The notes beneath the pieces were generated by a model. It worked only from the letters and a program-made list of their open reading frames with translations. It searched no databases and had not been told where the DNA came from. A stretch of DNA of 64,000 nucleotides from Eledone cirrhosa. Lineage: Eukaryota. The stretch is taken from the NCBI GenBank assembly GCA_964016885.1, contig OZ024741.1, forward strand, positions 203,670,001 through 203,734,000. Direction: 5' to 3'. Below, piece by piece: positions 33,410 through 47,147 of the stretch. Position 1 is the stretch's first letter. The number at the start of each line of letters is the position of its first letter. The translations under genes and the position numbers were made by a program.

Positions 33410-36400
33410 CCCCAACCACACAACACACTGATGCCCCTACACTTCCACAAACTACCACCCCACCCAACAACCCATCCCCACCCTGATGGAAATTGTGCAG
33501 CCCGATACCCGGGACGCAGAGAGGTAAGTGCCTTTTCTCTTCACCACCAACATGGCTATGCTAAGAGTAGGCTGTCTAAATGCGCGTGGCCTGGGATCAA
33601 CTTGGAAGCAAGCAATGCTTCTAAATGACCTCAGGTCACAACGTATAGATGTGATGGTTATTTGCGAGGCCCGGATCAACAACGTGCGACAGCTGGCCCC
33701 CACCTTTGATGACTTTGAGATGCACGCTTCGCTCTGTCAGCCCGGAGGTGGGGGTGGGTTTGTCGTTCTGCTGCAAAAACATCTGGGTCTCGCAACACAG
33801 ACGGTACATTTGGACCCGGAGGGTCGACTAGTGGTTCTGGACCTTGGCAGTGGTGAAGGCGGAGAGTTTAGGTTGGTAGCCGTCTACGGCCCTTTCGGGT
33901 CAATGCGGCCAGACTTCTTCCATCGTCTGGAGACTTTTCTAGGGACGTCCCACTCCTTGCTATTAGTGGGGGACTTGAATGGTATCCTAGATGAACGCTG
34001 GGACTACGTAGGGGCCTGTCCCGATAGAGAGGGGTGTAATAGCCTCAAAGGGTTAATCGGTCGATTTGACTTGGTCCATAGATATCGACTAGATTTTCCG
34101 ACTGCGCCAACCTGGACTTGGGCAAACCGTAGCAGATCATCTAGGTCGTACCTAGATAGGTTCTTAGTTAGAAATAAGGATAAGGACTTTTTAAGTTGTC
34201 CAAAAATGCGCATGGTTGGCTATTCAGACCACAAGTTAGTGACCTGCATGGTCAACCTTGACAGAACGCATAGACAGGGACCCGGTTACTGGAAGCTCAA
34301 CTTGTCCTTACCGGCAAGTAAGGCTTACAGGGACCGAATTAGCACTTTAGTTAAGGAGAGGTTGACGGGCGCCATCGTCAACAGCAGGTGGTGGGGATCT
34401 CTCAAAAGAGAGATTAGAGTAGTCTCTATAGAATTTAGTAAGGAGTTAGCCTCAAATAGAAATAGGAAGGAAAGGGAGTTGGTAGATAGTGTAGAAGAGG
34501 CAATTAGAAGCGGCGACATGGCCAGAGTGCTAGCGTCGAGAACGGCCCTGGGCCAGTTCTTCGACGCGAAACACGAAGGCTGCATCGTCCGAAGCAAAAT
34601 ACGTGCTCTGGGAAACGAGGGAACCAAAGCTGTTAGCTGGGCCTGCGTGACAGAAGCCAAAAGAGGGAGTAGATCCACTATCCGGTCTTTGCGAGACCAG
34701 GATGGATGGGTGATCCTTGAGCCTAAGCAGATGTGCGAGGCTTTTCAAAAGCACTTTGCCAGATTGTTCGGAAGGGGCGCGGTGCCGGTTGGGGAAGTGG
34801 ACTTCGGTCCATACCTCGACGGCCTGCCGCGTCTCTCGGACAGGGAGGCGAAGTCCTGCGAGGAGCCGATTTCAGCCGCTGAGATAGGGGACGTGCTGAG
34901 CCAATGTGGCAAACGCAAATCCCCGAGTCTCGATGGTCTTCCATACGAACCATATCTAGCTATGCCGGACTTGTTCCCCGATCTCCTCGAGGCGGTCTAC
35001 TGCAACTGGCAACAGAACGGGAGAATTTCCAGTGCTGTGACCAAGGGCGTAGTCACGCTAGTGAGGAAGGACGAGAACAAGGGGGACGATATAAATAATT
35101 TCAGGCCCATAACTCTGCTAAATACAGAGTTACTGATTTTGGTCAAGGTGCTAGCAAAAAGGTTGTCGTTTGTCGTGGGAAACCTGGTGGGAGATGCGCA
35201 GACATGTGCTATCCCGACCAGGTCCATCCACGACAACCTCCACCTCATGCGATACATCATAGAGAGCGTTGGGAACGAACCCGGCTTTGGTGGGGCCCTG
35301 ATCAACTTGGATCAATCTAAGGCGTTCGATAGGGTCGACCATGGTTACCTGGAAGCGGTGCTAGCGGCGGCAGGCTTCGGACCCGTTTTCAGGGGCTGGA
35401 TCAATGCCATGCACAGTAGCCGCATCTGCTCTAGGGTCAGGGTGAACGGCTACCTCTCGGAGCCGTTCGAAATCGCGCGGTCCATCCGACAAGGGTGCCC
35501 TCTCTCCTCCCTTCTGTATGTAATGACTCTAGAGCCACTGCTGCGGAAGTTGGAGTTGTTGCAGGGTATCCCGTTGGAATGGGGATTGCGGAAAGCGGTG
35601 TCGGTCTACATGATGACGTAACAGTAATGGTGTCGACGGCCTCGGAAATCGGGGCGATCGGCACCTTACTGGGGGAGTACGAAAGGTTTACAGGGGCTAA
35701 GCTGAACCGGAACAAGTCGACGGTCTGCAACTCGGCACGTGGAGGGGCAGATCGATGCCCTCCGATGATGTCGTCGGGCGCTGGACGGAGGGCCCGGTGA
35801 AGTTGCTCGGGGTCTGGTTCGGACCAGACCTCCAGGTGGAGAAGAACTGGGGTGAGGTAACGAACAGGGTGTTTGCACTAACCCAGAAGTGGGCCGAGTG
35901 CAAACTGTCCCTGAAAGGTCGGCTGGAGGTGGCGAACACTTATATAGCGTCCGTCATCTACTACCGCCTGACCGTTGTGCCTTGCCCAAGGGAAACGCTC
36001 GCCAAAATGGAGCGTGCACTCTTCCAATTCCTTTGGAAGAAGCGGGCTCCTATGGTGAGGAGATCCATCTGCTGTCAACACCTTTCGAAAGGGGGGCTGG
36101 GAATGCCGTGGCTAATGATACGTAAACACGCATTAAGGCTACGGCACCTCCAGGTATTCTTTACCGGTCAACCGGTGTGGGCCCAAAGTTAGTTTGTGAG
36201 GCGAGCCTTTCCCAGACTCGTCTCACTCACCGAGCTGCAATCCTGGATCAAGCAAAGACCGACAAAACTGGGCGCCTGGCACACCGAGTGTGCCCAGACG
36301 CTCACGGCTCTCTGGCGGGCGAACCCGGCTGTCAGTTGAGAATCCACCTCGTCATTCTATAGAGAGCTGGTGGTTAGCAGGTGTGACGACGCCCTCGGAG

Positions 36401-37195
36401 AAGCCCTAGGCATGGAGGAAGACGAACTGGCCAGTGCTACCGAGGGTCTCTGCCCGTTCGAGAAAGGCTCTACAGACACGGGCGCCCGGGTAGGGACCCC
36501 TCGAAAAAGATCTGTCCCAGATGCGTGTGCGACGAGGAAACCGTTGCACACGCATTGGTACACTGCTCGGGCATTGCCGATCTGTGGGGCTATGTCGAAC
36601 AACTCCTGTCAAGGGTGGGACCGATCCGGTTGACCACCGAGTCTATTGTAACGATCAAGCCGCCTCCCCTCTTCAAAAACGAAGGAGAGGCGGTGTTTCT
36701 GTGCGTAATAGCCATGGCGAAAGAGGTTGTATGGTGGACGCGTCTGAAAGGACTGAAGTCAGACACCTTTCTCTCTGGCCAACAACTGGTCCGTTTCTTC
36801 TGATATCATTTCGGAAGAAGGATCAGGATGGGGAGAGAGGTGCTGCACCCCAGCCGTTTTTATGAAAGGTGGGTGAAAGTGGCGAGAATGGCCCGTGTGA
36901 ATGGGCCTTCACTTTACATCAGACTATAGGTGAGGAAGATGAAAGATCAAGGGAGCACCCACTCTCTGTGCTCCTGAGGAGAGGGTTGCACACTTTTTTT
37001 CGGGGGGGGGGCGCCCCCCCCCCAAGGCGCCTCCTCCCTATTGAGGATTTTGTTATGAAATTTATTTTGTCATATTTTATTTTATTTTTATATTTTGTTA
37101 TTGCCTCCTCCTTATTGAGGACGCCTTTTCATGTAAACTCCCCCCATTGTACTTGTCCCACTTTTTGATGCCCTGGTGGCAAATAAAAAAGAAAG
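33410..37195 (+). mobile_element. Tx1/L1-clade LINE, 5'-truncated (ORF1 tail + decayed ORF2 from ~33552)
   Basis: APE motifs (LNARGL, GDLN, SYLDRF, SDHK), RT motifs (FRPITLLN, LDQSKAFDRV, RQGCPLS), frameshift at YxDD, AATAAA tail. Confidence 0.93.
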
Positions 37196-37227
37196 TTATC
37201 TATCTATCTATCTCTCTCTCTCTCTCT

Positions 37228-40200
37228 ACCAGACGTGTGTAAATTCGCGGAGAAGTTTCCGTTAATTTATGTAAAAAAAAACGTGAGTTTTCAGTTAAAT
37301 TTTATATTATTGTGTAACTTGACCCCCCCCCCCCCCCCGTCTGGACCTTCAGGCTGTAGGTCAACTCATTTTCGCCCCTACAGGGGCGAAATATTCGTTT
37401 GAAAAATTTTTTCTCCATCGAATTTTGGAAAAAATATCGTAAGAAGTTTGATTACGTTATGAACGCTGCGTTCGACGATATGGTGGTGGAGAGTCGGTCA
37501 GACTACATAGCTCGCAGTCAACATCGTCTTCTTCACTAGATACTATGGAGATGGAAAGACGAAATGAAATTGTAAAAACAAATTCATATCCAAACAACAC
37601 AAATGACACCAAACAGTACAATGACAACAAAACTAACAACAACAACACCAATAATGATGATAAAAACAACAATGACAACAACAACAAAGAAAAAATAAAG
37701 ACAACACCAATAATACCAGCATCAAAGACAACAACAACACCAACACCAAGGAAAATACGAATAATATCAACATCAGTGACAGCAAGAATAACAACAACAA
37801 TAACAACAATAATGACAACACCACCAACACGGATAATTACACAAAGAAACCAAAAATCTCCTTTGCACAGACAGTTCAGAAAAAGAAGGAACTGACATAT
37901 CTTGACATAACAAATGCCGAACAACTTTTAAAGGACGCTAGAAAATATGTCACTTTCGAAAAGAATGGTGCTTTCATCATCAATTCTCCGGTAGAAATCC
38001 GCAAGGAAACTGCTCTCAAAACGATAGTTTTTAGGACAGTTTCCAATTCTACCTGAAAACCAGTCCAATTGTCGCAGAAAGAAATTGAACTGGTTTTCAA
38101 AAATTCAATGAATGATATTTGATTCATTCAAAGAAGTAAACTCTTTGGGAGTATTTTGGTACTCATGAAGGATCAATTGACGGCCCAAAATTACTCTGTG
38201 TCGCCAATTGTATCAAACCTGTATACCTTTTTCCCTACATACATGGGGAAAAGGACACAAAAGATTAAAATCACGAGTGTCACACCAAAGGTGAACATAT
38301 GGTGGATATTGTGCGGCTTCATCAATTTTGATGAAGACAGAATACTGTCAGTAGGAAAGTCCCCCAGAGATGTATTCAATGGGACTAGCGTTGAAGTTCT
38401 GGTGCAAATGAGCCCAGAGCGAATAGCTATGATCCCACAACGTGTACTCCTGGACGGACTCACCTACATAAACTTTTCGGTTGAGGGTAGGCGGCCTTCA
38501 TGTTACCAGTGCTTTAGCAGGAGTCACCTGATGGCTTCCTGTCCTAAATTAATGAGTAAAAAAAAAGGCTCTTCTGCCGACACCCATCAAAACAACACAA
38601 CCACCAACACCACCACAACAACAACAACACCAACACACAAAAATAACCACAACAAACACAGTCCCACCCAACCCCACTACCTAAAACCACTGCAAAATCA
38701 CATACAGACACAACAGCTCCCCAAGATATACACCTCCCCAATCACACAGACAATACAACAGATGAGGCTATCTCGCCATCACCCAGTGAAGACGAGGGAG
38801 AACCCCATCGCTCGAAAAGAAAGAAAAGACATCACAAAAGCAAAAAACCAGCAAACACTACCACAAATATACAACCACCAACACAAACAACAAAAATATC
38901 ACAAACAAAACCCCCACCTCCTGAAAACAAAATACCTACAACAAAACGAAAGCACACACAAGAACTGCAGACAAAAACAAACACAACACAAGAAAATTAC
39001 ACTTACACTTACATAAACACTGAAAACAAAACACCAACGGAGACCATCACGAACAACCCTTCGGTTTTCACCGAAGGGAAAAGTTTCGCCCACTCTATTA
39101 AAAATAACAAAAAACTGAACCTAAAACTGATTAGGGTCCCTATACAAACTTATAGGCCCCTAAAAGAAACATTTGAAAAGGATGTGGGGAATTCCTGCGT
39201 GAAACCACTTAACCGCGTCCTTCTCCCCACCCCAGACACCCCCATCCCACCAGACCCCACCCCACCAAACAACTCCGTCTCCACCCCGCCGGAAACCACC
39301 ACCCACCCAGACAACCCCTCCAACACCCCCATGGAAATCGTGCAGCCTGGTCCCCAGGAGACGAAGGGTGAGTGATCTCTTTTCCTCTTTTAACTTTTCA
39401 GCACCAACATGGCCAATATAAGAGTTGGATATGTGAACGTACGCGGCCTGGGGATGCCCTGGAAACAGGGCAAACTCTTAAACGACCTCAGGTCGCACAG
39501 TATGGATGTAGTAGTCATTTGCGAGTCCAGGATCCACAGTGAGCGACAGCTAGCCCCCATCTTCGATGACTTTGAGATCTACGCATCTCTCTGTCGGCCG
39601 GGGGGTGGGGGCGGGGTTGCCGTTTTGCTGCGAAAACACCTGGGCCTCGTAACACAGACGGTACATCTGGACCCGGAAGGTCGACTGGTGGTCCTAGACG
39701 TTGACGGTAGTGAAGGTGGAGACTTTCGGCTGGTGGCTGCATATGCCCCATCCGGGACACCGCGGCCAGACTTCTTCAAACGTCTAGAGACTTTTCTGGG
39801 AACGTCCCGCTCCTTGCTTTTAGTAGGGGACTGGAATGGAATCCTAGATGCACGTTGGGACTATGTGGGAACATGTCCCGATAAAGGGGGGTGTAACAGC
39901 CTCAAACAGTTAATCGACCGATTTGACCTGGCCGATAGATATCGACTAGATTTTCCGACTGTGCCACTGTAGACGTGGACTAATCGCAACGGAACATCTA
40001 GATCGTACCTAGATAGGGTTCTAGTTAGAAATAAGGATAGGGACATGTTAAGCTGTCCACAAATGTTCATGGTTGCCTATTCAGATCACAAACTAGTGAC
40101 CTGCATGGCCAACCTTGTTAGAACCCATAGACAAGGACCCGGCTACTGGAAGCTGAACTTGTCGTTACCGACAAGCAAAGTCTACAGTAGACGGATTAGC

Positions 40201-43032
40201 ACTTTAGTTAAACAGCACTTGACAGGGGCCATTGTCAACAACAGATGGTGGTACTCTCTCAAGAGGGCAGTTAGATTAGACTCGTTAGTTTTTAGTAAAG
40301 AATTAGCGTTAGATAGAAATAGAACCGAGAAAGAACAGGTAGATAAAGTAGAAGAGGCAATTAGAAGTGGCAACGTAGCCAGCGTGCTAGAAACGAGAAC
40401 GGCCTTGGACCAGTTCTTCGACGCAAAGCACGAGGGCTGCGTTGTCAGAAGCAAAATACGTGCTCTGGGAAACGAGGGAGCCAAAGCTGTTAGCTGGGCC
40501 CGAGTGACGGAGGCAAAAAGTGGCAACAGGTCCACGATTCGGTCTTTGAAGGACCAAAACGGACGCGTAATACGTGAGCCTAAGCAGATGTGTGCGGCCT
40601 TTCAGCGGCACTTTGCTCAACTGTTCGGGCAGGGCGGCGCGCCGGGAGGGGCTATGGATTTCGGTCCATACCTCGACGGCCTACCGCGACTCTCAGACAG
40701 CGAGGCAAAGTTCTGCGAAAAGCCGATTTCAGCCGCTGAGATAGGGGATGCGCTGAGCCAATGCGGCAAACGCAAATATCCAGGTCTCGACGATCTACCC
40801 TACGAATTTTACGTAGCAATGCCGGACTTATTCTCCGGTCTCCTGGAAGCGGTCTACTGCAACTGGCAACAGAACGGGAGAATTCCCAGTTCTTTAACCG
40901 GGGGCGTAGTCAGACTAGTCAGGAAGGACGAGAATAAGGGGGATGACATAGGCAACTTCCGGCCCATAACTCTGCTAAACACAGAGTTACAGATTTGGGC
41001 CAAGGTGTTGGCAAAGAGGCTGGCGCTTGTCGTCGAGAAGCGCAGAGATACGCAATCCCGACCAGGTCCATACACGACAACCGCCACCTCATGCGATACA
41101 TCATAGAGAGGGTAGGATGTAAACCCGGCTTCGGGGGGAACCTGATCAACATGGATCAGTCTAAGGCTTTCGATAGGGTTGACCATCGTTACCTGGATGC
41201 GGTGCTCGAGGCGGCAGGCTTCGGCAACATCTGCTCAAGGGTCAAGGTGAATAGCTACCTCTCGGAGCCGTTCCATATTACGCGATCCATTCGAGAGGGA
41301 TGCCCTCTCTCCTCCCTTCTGTACGTACTGACTTTCGAGCCACTACTGCGGAAGTTGGAGCTATTGCAGGGCATCCCTCTGGAACCGGGACTGCGAAAAG
41401 CGGCGTCGGCCTACGCCGACGACGTGCCAGTAATGGTGTCGAGCGCCTCGCAAATCGAGGAAGTCGGCACCTTACTGAAGGAATACGAAAGTTTCACAGG
41501 AGCGAAGCTGAACCGCGACAAGTCCATCGGTTTGCAACTCGGATCGTGGAGAGGCAAACCGATGCCTTCCGAATGCGTCGTCAGACTCTGGACGGAAGCA
41601 CCGGTAAAGCTGCTAGGGGTCTGGTTTGGTCCGGACCTCCAGGTGGAGAAGAACTGGAACGAAGTGACGGCTAAGGTGTTTGCACTCACCCAGAAGTGGG
41701 CCGAGTGCAAACTATCCTTGAAAGGTCGAGCGGAGGTGGCGAACACTTTTATAGCGTCCGCCATCTACTACCGCTTGACCGTCGTGCCTTGTCCAGCCAA
41801 AACGCTCACCAAAATGGAGCGCGCGCTCTTCCAATTCCTTTGGAAGAGGCGGGCTCCTTTGGTGAGAAGATCAATCTGCTGCCAACACCCTTCTAACGGA
41901 GGGCTGGGGATGCTGTGGTAGACGATGCGCAAAACGCGCTCAAGCTGCGGCATCTTTACGTATTCCTCACCGGACAACCGGTGTGGGCCCCGTTCGTGAG
42001 GCGAGCCTTCCCACGACTCGTCTCGCTGACCGAGCTCAGTCCTAGGTCAAGCAAAGACCGAGGAAAATGGGCGACTGGCACATCGAATGTGCTCAGGTGC
42101 TCACAGGCCTCTGGCAGGCGGACCCGGCGATCAGTGGAGACTCCACTTCATCATTCTATAGAGGGTTGATCCGCAGCAAGTGCGACGACGCGCTCGGTGA
42201 AACTCTAGGCGTAGAGGAAGATGAACTGGACAGTCTGTTCGGTAGGACCTTCCACCCGGGACCGATGGACAACTTCCAAAAGTCCCTGGCCTGGCAGTGC
42301 TACCGAGGAGCTCTACCAGTTCGAGACAAGCTCTACAGACATGGGCGCCCGGGCAGGGACCCTGCAAAAAAGATCTGTCTGAGGTGCGTGCGAGACGAAG
42401 AAACCGTCGCGCACGCATTCATACACTTCCCGGGCGTCACTGACCTGTGGGGCTATGTAGAACGACTATTGTCGCGGGTGGGACCAATCCGGTTGACCAC
42501 CGAGTCCATTGTCCTGATCAAACCGCCACCCTCCTTCAAAAACGAAGGAGAAGCGGTTTTCCTTTGAGTGATAGCTATGGTGAAAGAGGTTGTATGGTGG
42601 ACAAGGTTGAAAGGGCAGAGATCAGACACCTTTCTCTCCGGCCAACAACTGATTCTTTTTTTTTCAAATACCACTTTGGAAGAAGAATCAGGATGGAGAG
42701 AGAGGTGCTGTACCCCAGCAAGTTTTATGAAAGGTGGGTGAAAGTGGCGAGAATGGCCCGAGTGAATAGGCCTTCTCTCTATATCAGCCTGTAGGTTGAG
42801 GAAAAGGAGGAGGAGAGGAAAGGAGTACAAACTCTTCGTACTCCTGGAGATGAGGGTTGCACATTTTTTCGGGGGTATGTGTTACCCATATAAACTGTCT
42901 CCCCCTATTGGGGAAAATTGACTAATTTTTTAAATTACATTTGTGGTAACATTTTACACGTTTTCATTGTATGTAAACTTCCCCCTTTGTATTTGTCCCC
43001 TTCTTTTGTGCCCCTGTGGCTAATAAAGAAAC
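37228..43032 (+). mobile_element. Tx1/L1-clade LINE, near full length, decayed (ORF1 ~37545-39375, ORF2 39409-42794)
   Basis: ORF1 CCHC knuckle CYQCFSRSHLMASC; ORF2 APE + RT (YADD) + C-terminal CxxC...ETVAH; several stops and frameshifts; AATAAA then (TATC)n. Confidence 0.93.
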
Positions 43033-43055
43033 ATATCTATCTATCTATCTATCTA

Positions 43056-43124
<69 letters not shown>

Positions 43125-44013
43125 GCCGTGTTCAGACATGAAGAGGGATGGGTTCGTCAGGCTGAACAACCCAAGAAACGGGTATGTGACGACAACGTCC
43201 TTCCGACTCCATCGGAAGTTAAAAAAGAGACCTCAATGTTATTTGTATTAAAGCCCTACTGATATTCACTTTGCATTTCATATCCAAGCTTAGATAAAAT
43301 GAATCCTGCTAATATCCTTGATCGATTGTAACCGTCCTCAACAGATATATTTTATTGTGTATAGTGTGCAAAAAATACCAACACATATCCCCTTTATGGC
43401 CTGAGTTCAAATCCAGCCGAGGTTCACTTTGCCTTTCATCCTTACTGGGTCGATAAAATAAAGTACCAGTAATTCACTGGAATAATTGCTGGCCTTGTGC
43501 CAAATGTAGAAACAATTATTATAAAAATCATTGAACAATACTCAGGGCCGGCGCTATCATTAAGATCATCGAAGCAGCCGCCACTGGTACAGATATCACA
43601 GGGACGCATTTCTGAGCCTCAAAGGATTGCAGTTTCATATAAATTTGTACAATGAACTTAAATGCATAATAATTTCCTGCGATAATATCTTTATCATGCA
43701 GCAGTGTTGTGGAAATATCCAAAACGGTAGAGAGGATCACATTGTGTTCTGACCTGTAACATGATTTAGCCTGAGCAAGTGTTGACTATGTAGAAAATAC
43801 AAGCTTTGTATTTCAACTCATAATTTGTTTAACAAATTATGAGTTGAAATCATTTTACTTGAGAGAAAGGAGTGCAGCATGTAGAGCTAGACTAGGGCAC
43901 TAAATACCCAGGTGCACATTGTAGGATTAGTCTATGATGCTAAATACTCAGGCGCCTGCCCCGACAATACGGTAAAATTAAACAGAATCAGATTAGAAAA
44001 AAATGTTGTTTAC

Positions 44014-44103
44014 CTGATTTGTATCAAATTTATTACAGTTGGTCATCTGTACTATTTTGTTGTCTAGCACAGTTAGGCAGTTTTCAGAGCCAACATTCAT
44101 TAC
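44014..44103 (-). CDS. GALNT: GalNAc-T ricin lectin alpha-repeat exon (VMNVGSENCLTVLDNKIVQMTNCNKFDTNQ)
   Basis: Manual translation; CL...C...NQ pattern; ttttaAG and GTAAAC sites, 90 nt, phase 0. Confidence 0.75.
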
Positions 44104-44614
44104 CTTAAAAGAAGAAGAATACTGACAATGTTAACTTTTTTTTAAAATACAATCCATAGATGTCAGTCTGGGGAATTCGAAAACCTGTGCCACTGGCAAT
44201 GAAGAGTGACCAAACATTGATTGGCTTTTTCCAATTTGAGTTGGAGCAGAAGAAGACCGAATACTAGGCAGTGGTGACTGAGAGTTTCATTTTTGTGTCG
44301 GTGGCTATTAGTTGACTGGCTGATACAACTATCGCTGGCTGTTCTCATCAGGAGAGTTTTCCCGATCTTCTCCGTGGAGCACAGCTAAAATATACCACCA
44401 AGTCAAGGATGTAGAGTTTATCCATAAACATTTCCCTAATTTTTCTTTTTTATTTACAAAGCATTTTTTTTTTCCTTCTTCTTGTGTATCGTTAAAATTA
44501 ATTACTTGAGAAAAATTTGCTTTAAAAACAAATAAAGAGAATCAGTGAGTATGATAAGAATAAAAGGAGATTGAATTTAAAATAGTGTTTCTTACAGGAT
44601 ATTGGATGATCATG

Positions 44615-45090
44615 TGAAGGTGCGTGACTTGGTGGTTAGGAGTGTTCGGTCCACAACCTTACGGTCATGATTTCGATTACCCGTGGTATGTTATGCCCTT
44701 GAACAAGACAGTTTATTTCAGTGTTCCCGTCCACTCACTTGGCAAAACTTGGTTGTACCCGTAATTCAAATGACCGGCTTTGTAACAAACTGTAACGTGC
44801 TGAATCTCCCTGAGAACTTGATGAAAGGTGCACGTGTCTGTGGAATGTTCAGCCGTTTACAAGTCCATATGTACATAGCCTGCACATAAAATTAACAAGT
44901 GAGTGGATGAGTATTCCATAAATACGTGTACTCTTAACGTCAGGGAGATTCGGCGTGAGACTGTGTGATAATAGTGGCCCTTCGAATAGTCCGTTCAACT
45001 AGTTTCCAAAAAAATCTGTCCACACAATTTCACTCTCAAAACATAGGTAGTACGGAGACCATGGTAAATGACACTCGCTCAAACCCACAG
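44615..45090 (+). mobile_element. SINE-like fragments of other families
   Basis: tRNA-like head ggtggttagg..ttcgat; body similar to 28500-28770. Confidence 0.5.
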
Positions 45091-45139
45091 TAATCTAAGA
45101 ACGTGAGGTTGCCGGCTAGGACTCCGCCCAGCCCAGTAG

Positions 45140-45474
45140 ATGTCCCTTCTCCTCATCCCCTGATGACGTCAAATCCTCCAGAGCATATGGGATGGCATCC
45201 AGTGAAACATGGCCTAAGAGAGGCTAGCGCGCCAGTTCGACCAGCACCGCTTCCAAAATTTTCTCTCGGCCTAGCAACCCACAGCGGTGCCTGGCTCAAT
45301 GCCTTACCCTCCTTTTCAACTGGCACGCAGCTGGATAATGATAACCTGCGAATAGGAGTTTCCCTGAGGCTTGGCCTCCGGATCTGCGAGCCACATAAAT
45401 GCCGCTGCGGATCCACCTTAGGCTCTTTCGGCCTCCAGCCGCTGTCCTGCCGCTACAGTGCCAGCCGCCGGTGA
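45140..45474 (+). mobile_element. CRE-like non-LTR retrotransposon fragment
   Basis: SGAWLNALP...LRLGLRICEPHKCRCG...LSC peptide resembling the CRE zinc region. Confidence 0.65.
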
Positions 45475-45479
45475 TCAGA

Positions 45480-45900
45480 AGTAGGGAGGTAGATGTAAAA
45501 GCCAAACTCGCTATCATGAATTCGGTATTAGTGCCAACCCTTAACCTATGGTCATGAATATTGGGTAATGATCGAAATAATGCGATCGCAAATACAAGAT
45601 GCCAAAGTGGGGTTTCTCTGAAGGGCCTTCGGAGTAACGTTACTCGATAGAGTGCGTAGCTCGGAGATCAGAAGAGTCACTCCAAATAAAGACGCTATTT
45701 CTCTAAATTGAGAGATCACAGCTCTGATACTATGGGCATATAGTTAGAATATCTCAGGAAAGAATCGCTGAACAGATTCTACGGGAAAAACCAACCGGCA
45801 GGAGACCCAGTGGCAGAACACGAGCATGCTGGTTGGATAACATCCTTGATCTTGACTGGTTGTGCCTGAGGATCCAGCCGGATCAGTTAGAGCCGGTTGT
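45480..45900 (+). mobile_element. RTE-type LINE 3' fragment
   Basis: KAKLAIMNSVLVPTLTYGHE...IERSQL*YYGH peptide. Confidence 0.65.
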
Positions 45901-46009
45901 TTCAGACAGGACCGAGGATTCTGCTCCCACGAACCTCTCAGGAATAAGTGGGCGAGGAAGAAGAATTTATACATACATATATATATATATATGTATAAAT
46001 TCTCCTTCG

Positions 46010-46071
<62 letters not shown>

Positions 46072-46354
46072 ATATATATTCATATAAAAACATATATATT
46101 CATATATATGCATGCGTACATATAGTCAATTCGATAATATAAATAATGTATTGTTTATGTTATCTTTCTGTGAGTACAGCACTATTTTAACACCTAAGTG
46201 TATCTTTGTATTTAAATCCACATATCATTTGCTCTATATATATGTACAAAATACTAGTATATTTCTGAATTGATATATCCACGTATATATCGTTTACAAT
46301 TATATTATAGATGCTTATATATATATAAGAACAAATTCAATATACATATATACA

Positions 46355-47147
46355 TCGTTTTTGAATTTGTTTTGCATGATTTTCTATCTGAAAACGTGTG
46401 TTGAAACAGATATTGTTATACTTTGGAGGGTCGTGTTGGCAATAAAAACACACGCACCTGTGGGTTTCACTTCAATTTATTATAAAATTCCGGTTGGCTG
46501 GTTGGTTGGTTCGATAACCGGATGGTTGTTGATATATTGTCAAAATCTTTCGTCACACATTCTGTGACCTCCTTAATGACTAGCTTTTTATTTTGTGTCT
46601 CTCGTCGGTTCTGTCCTACACCATCTTGGTTTTGTGTACTGTGTGTTGTGTGCTTAGTTTGCGCATGCGTTACATCCGTGTGTGTGTGTGTGTCTGATGT
46701 GTTTTGTTAGTTTGATTTTTGTGTGTGTCTGTATGTCTTCCTTTTGTTCTTAATTACTAGTTGCGATGTTGCTATTCCACTCATGTTTTCTGTTTAATTT
46801 TGGTTGAGTTCGTTTATGTTTTTCGCCTCTGTGATTTGTCTGAACATTGCATCTTTTCTGTGTGTGGATATCATTTTTATCTTTATGTTCTCTAATGTGC
46901 CCCTATGTTCTATTTTGGCATGTTGGTTGAGTACTGATGACCTTTCCCATCTTGGAGTTCTCGCCAGTGTTCACTTATCCATTCTCCAATGCTACGTGCG
47001 GTTTCACTTATGTATGTTATGTTCTTATTCCTACACTTTCCCTCCGGTTATTGAAACAACCAACCGGAAATTTATAATAAATTGAAGTGAAAACCAACAG
47101 GTGCGTGTCTTTTTATTGGCAGCATGACCCTCCCAAAGTATAACAAT
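46355..47147. mobile_element. Short PLE derivative with inverted termini (same family as 11173-13627)
   Basis: ATTGTTATACTTTGG..GGTC.TG terminus at both ends in inverted orientation; GIY-YIG remnant on -. Confidence 0.8.

Noticed and set aside
37370-37392. GC hairpin ttcgcccct-ac-aggggcgaa in the Tx1 5' UTR as a hammerhead or terminator
   Set aside because: There is no CUGANGA box upstream, and bacterial terminators do not apply to this DNA.
44163-44384. Cys-containing minus-strand ORF after an AG, candidate GALNT exon
   Set aside because: It has no ricin motif and ends in a stop; the adjacent 44103-44014 exon fits much better.
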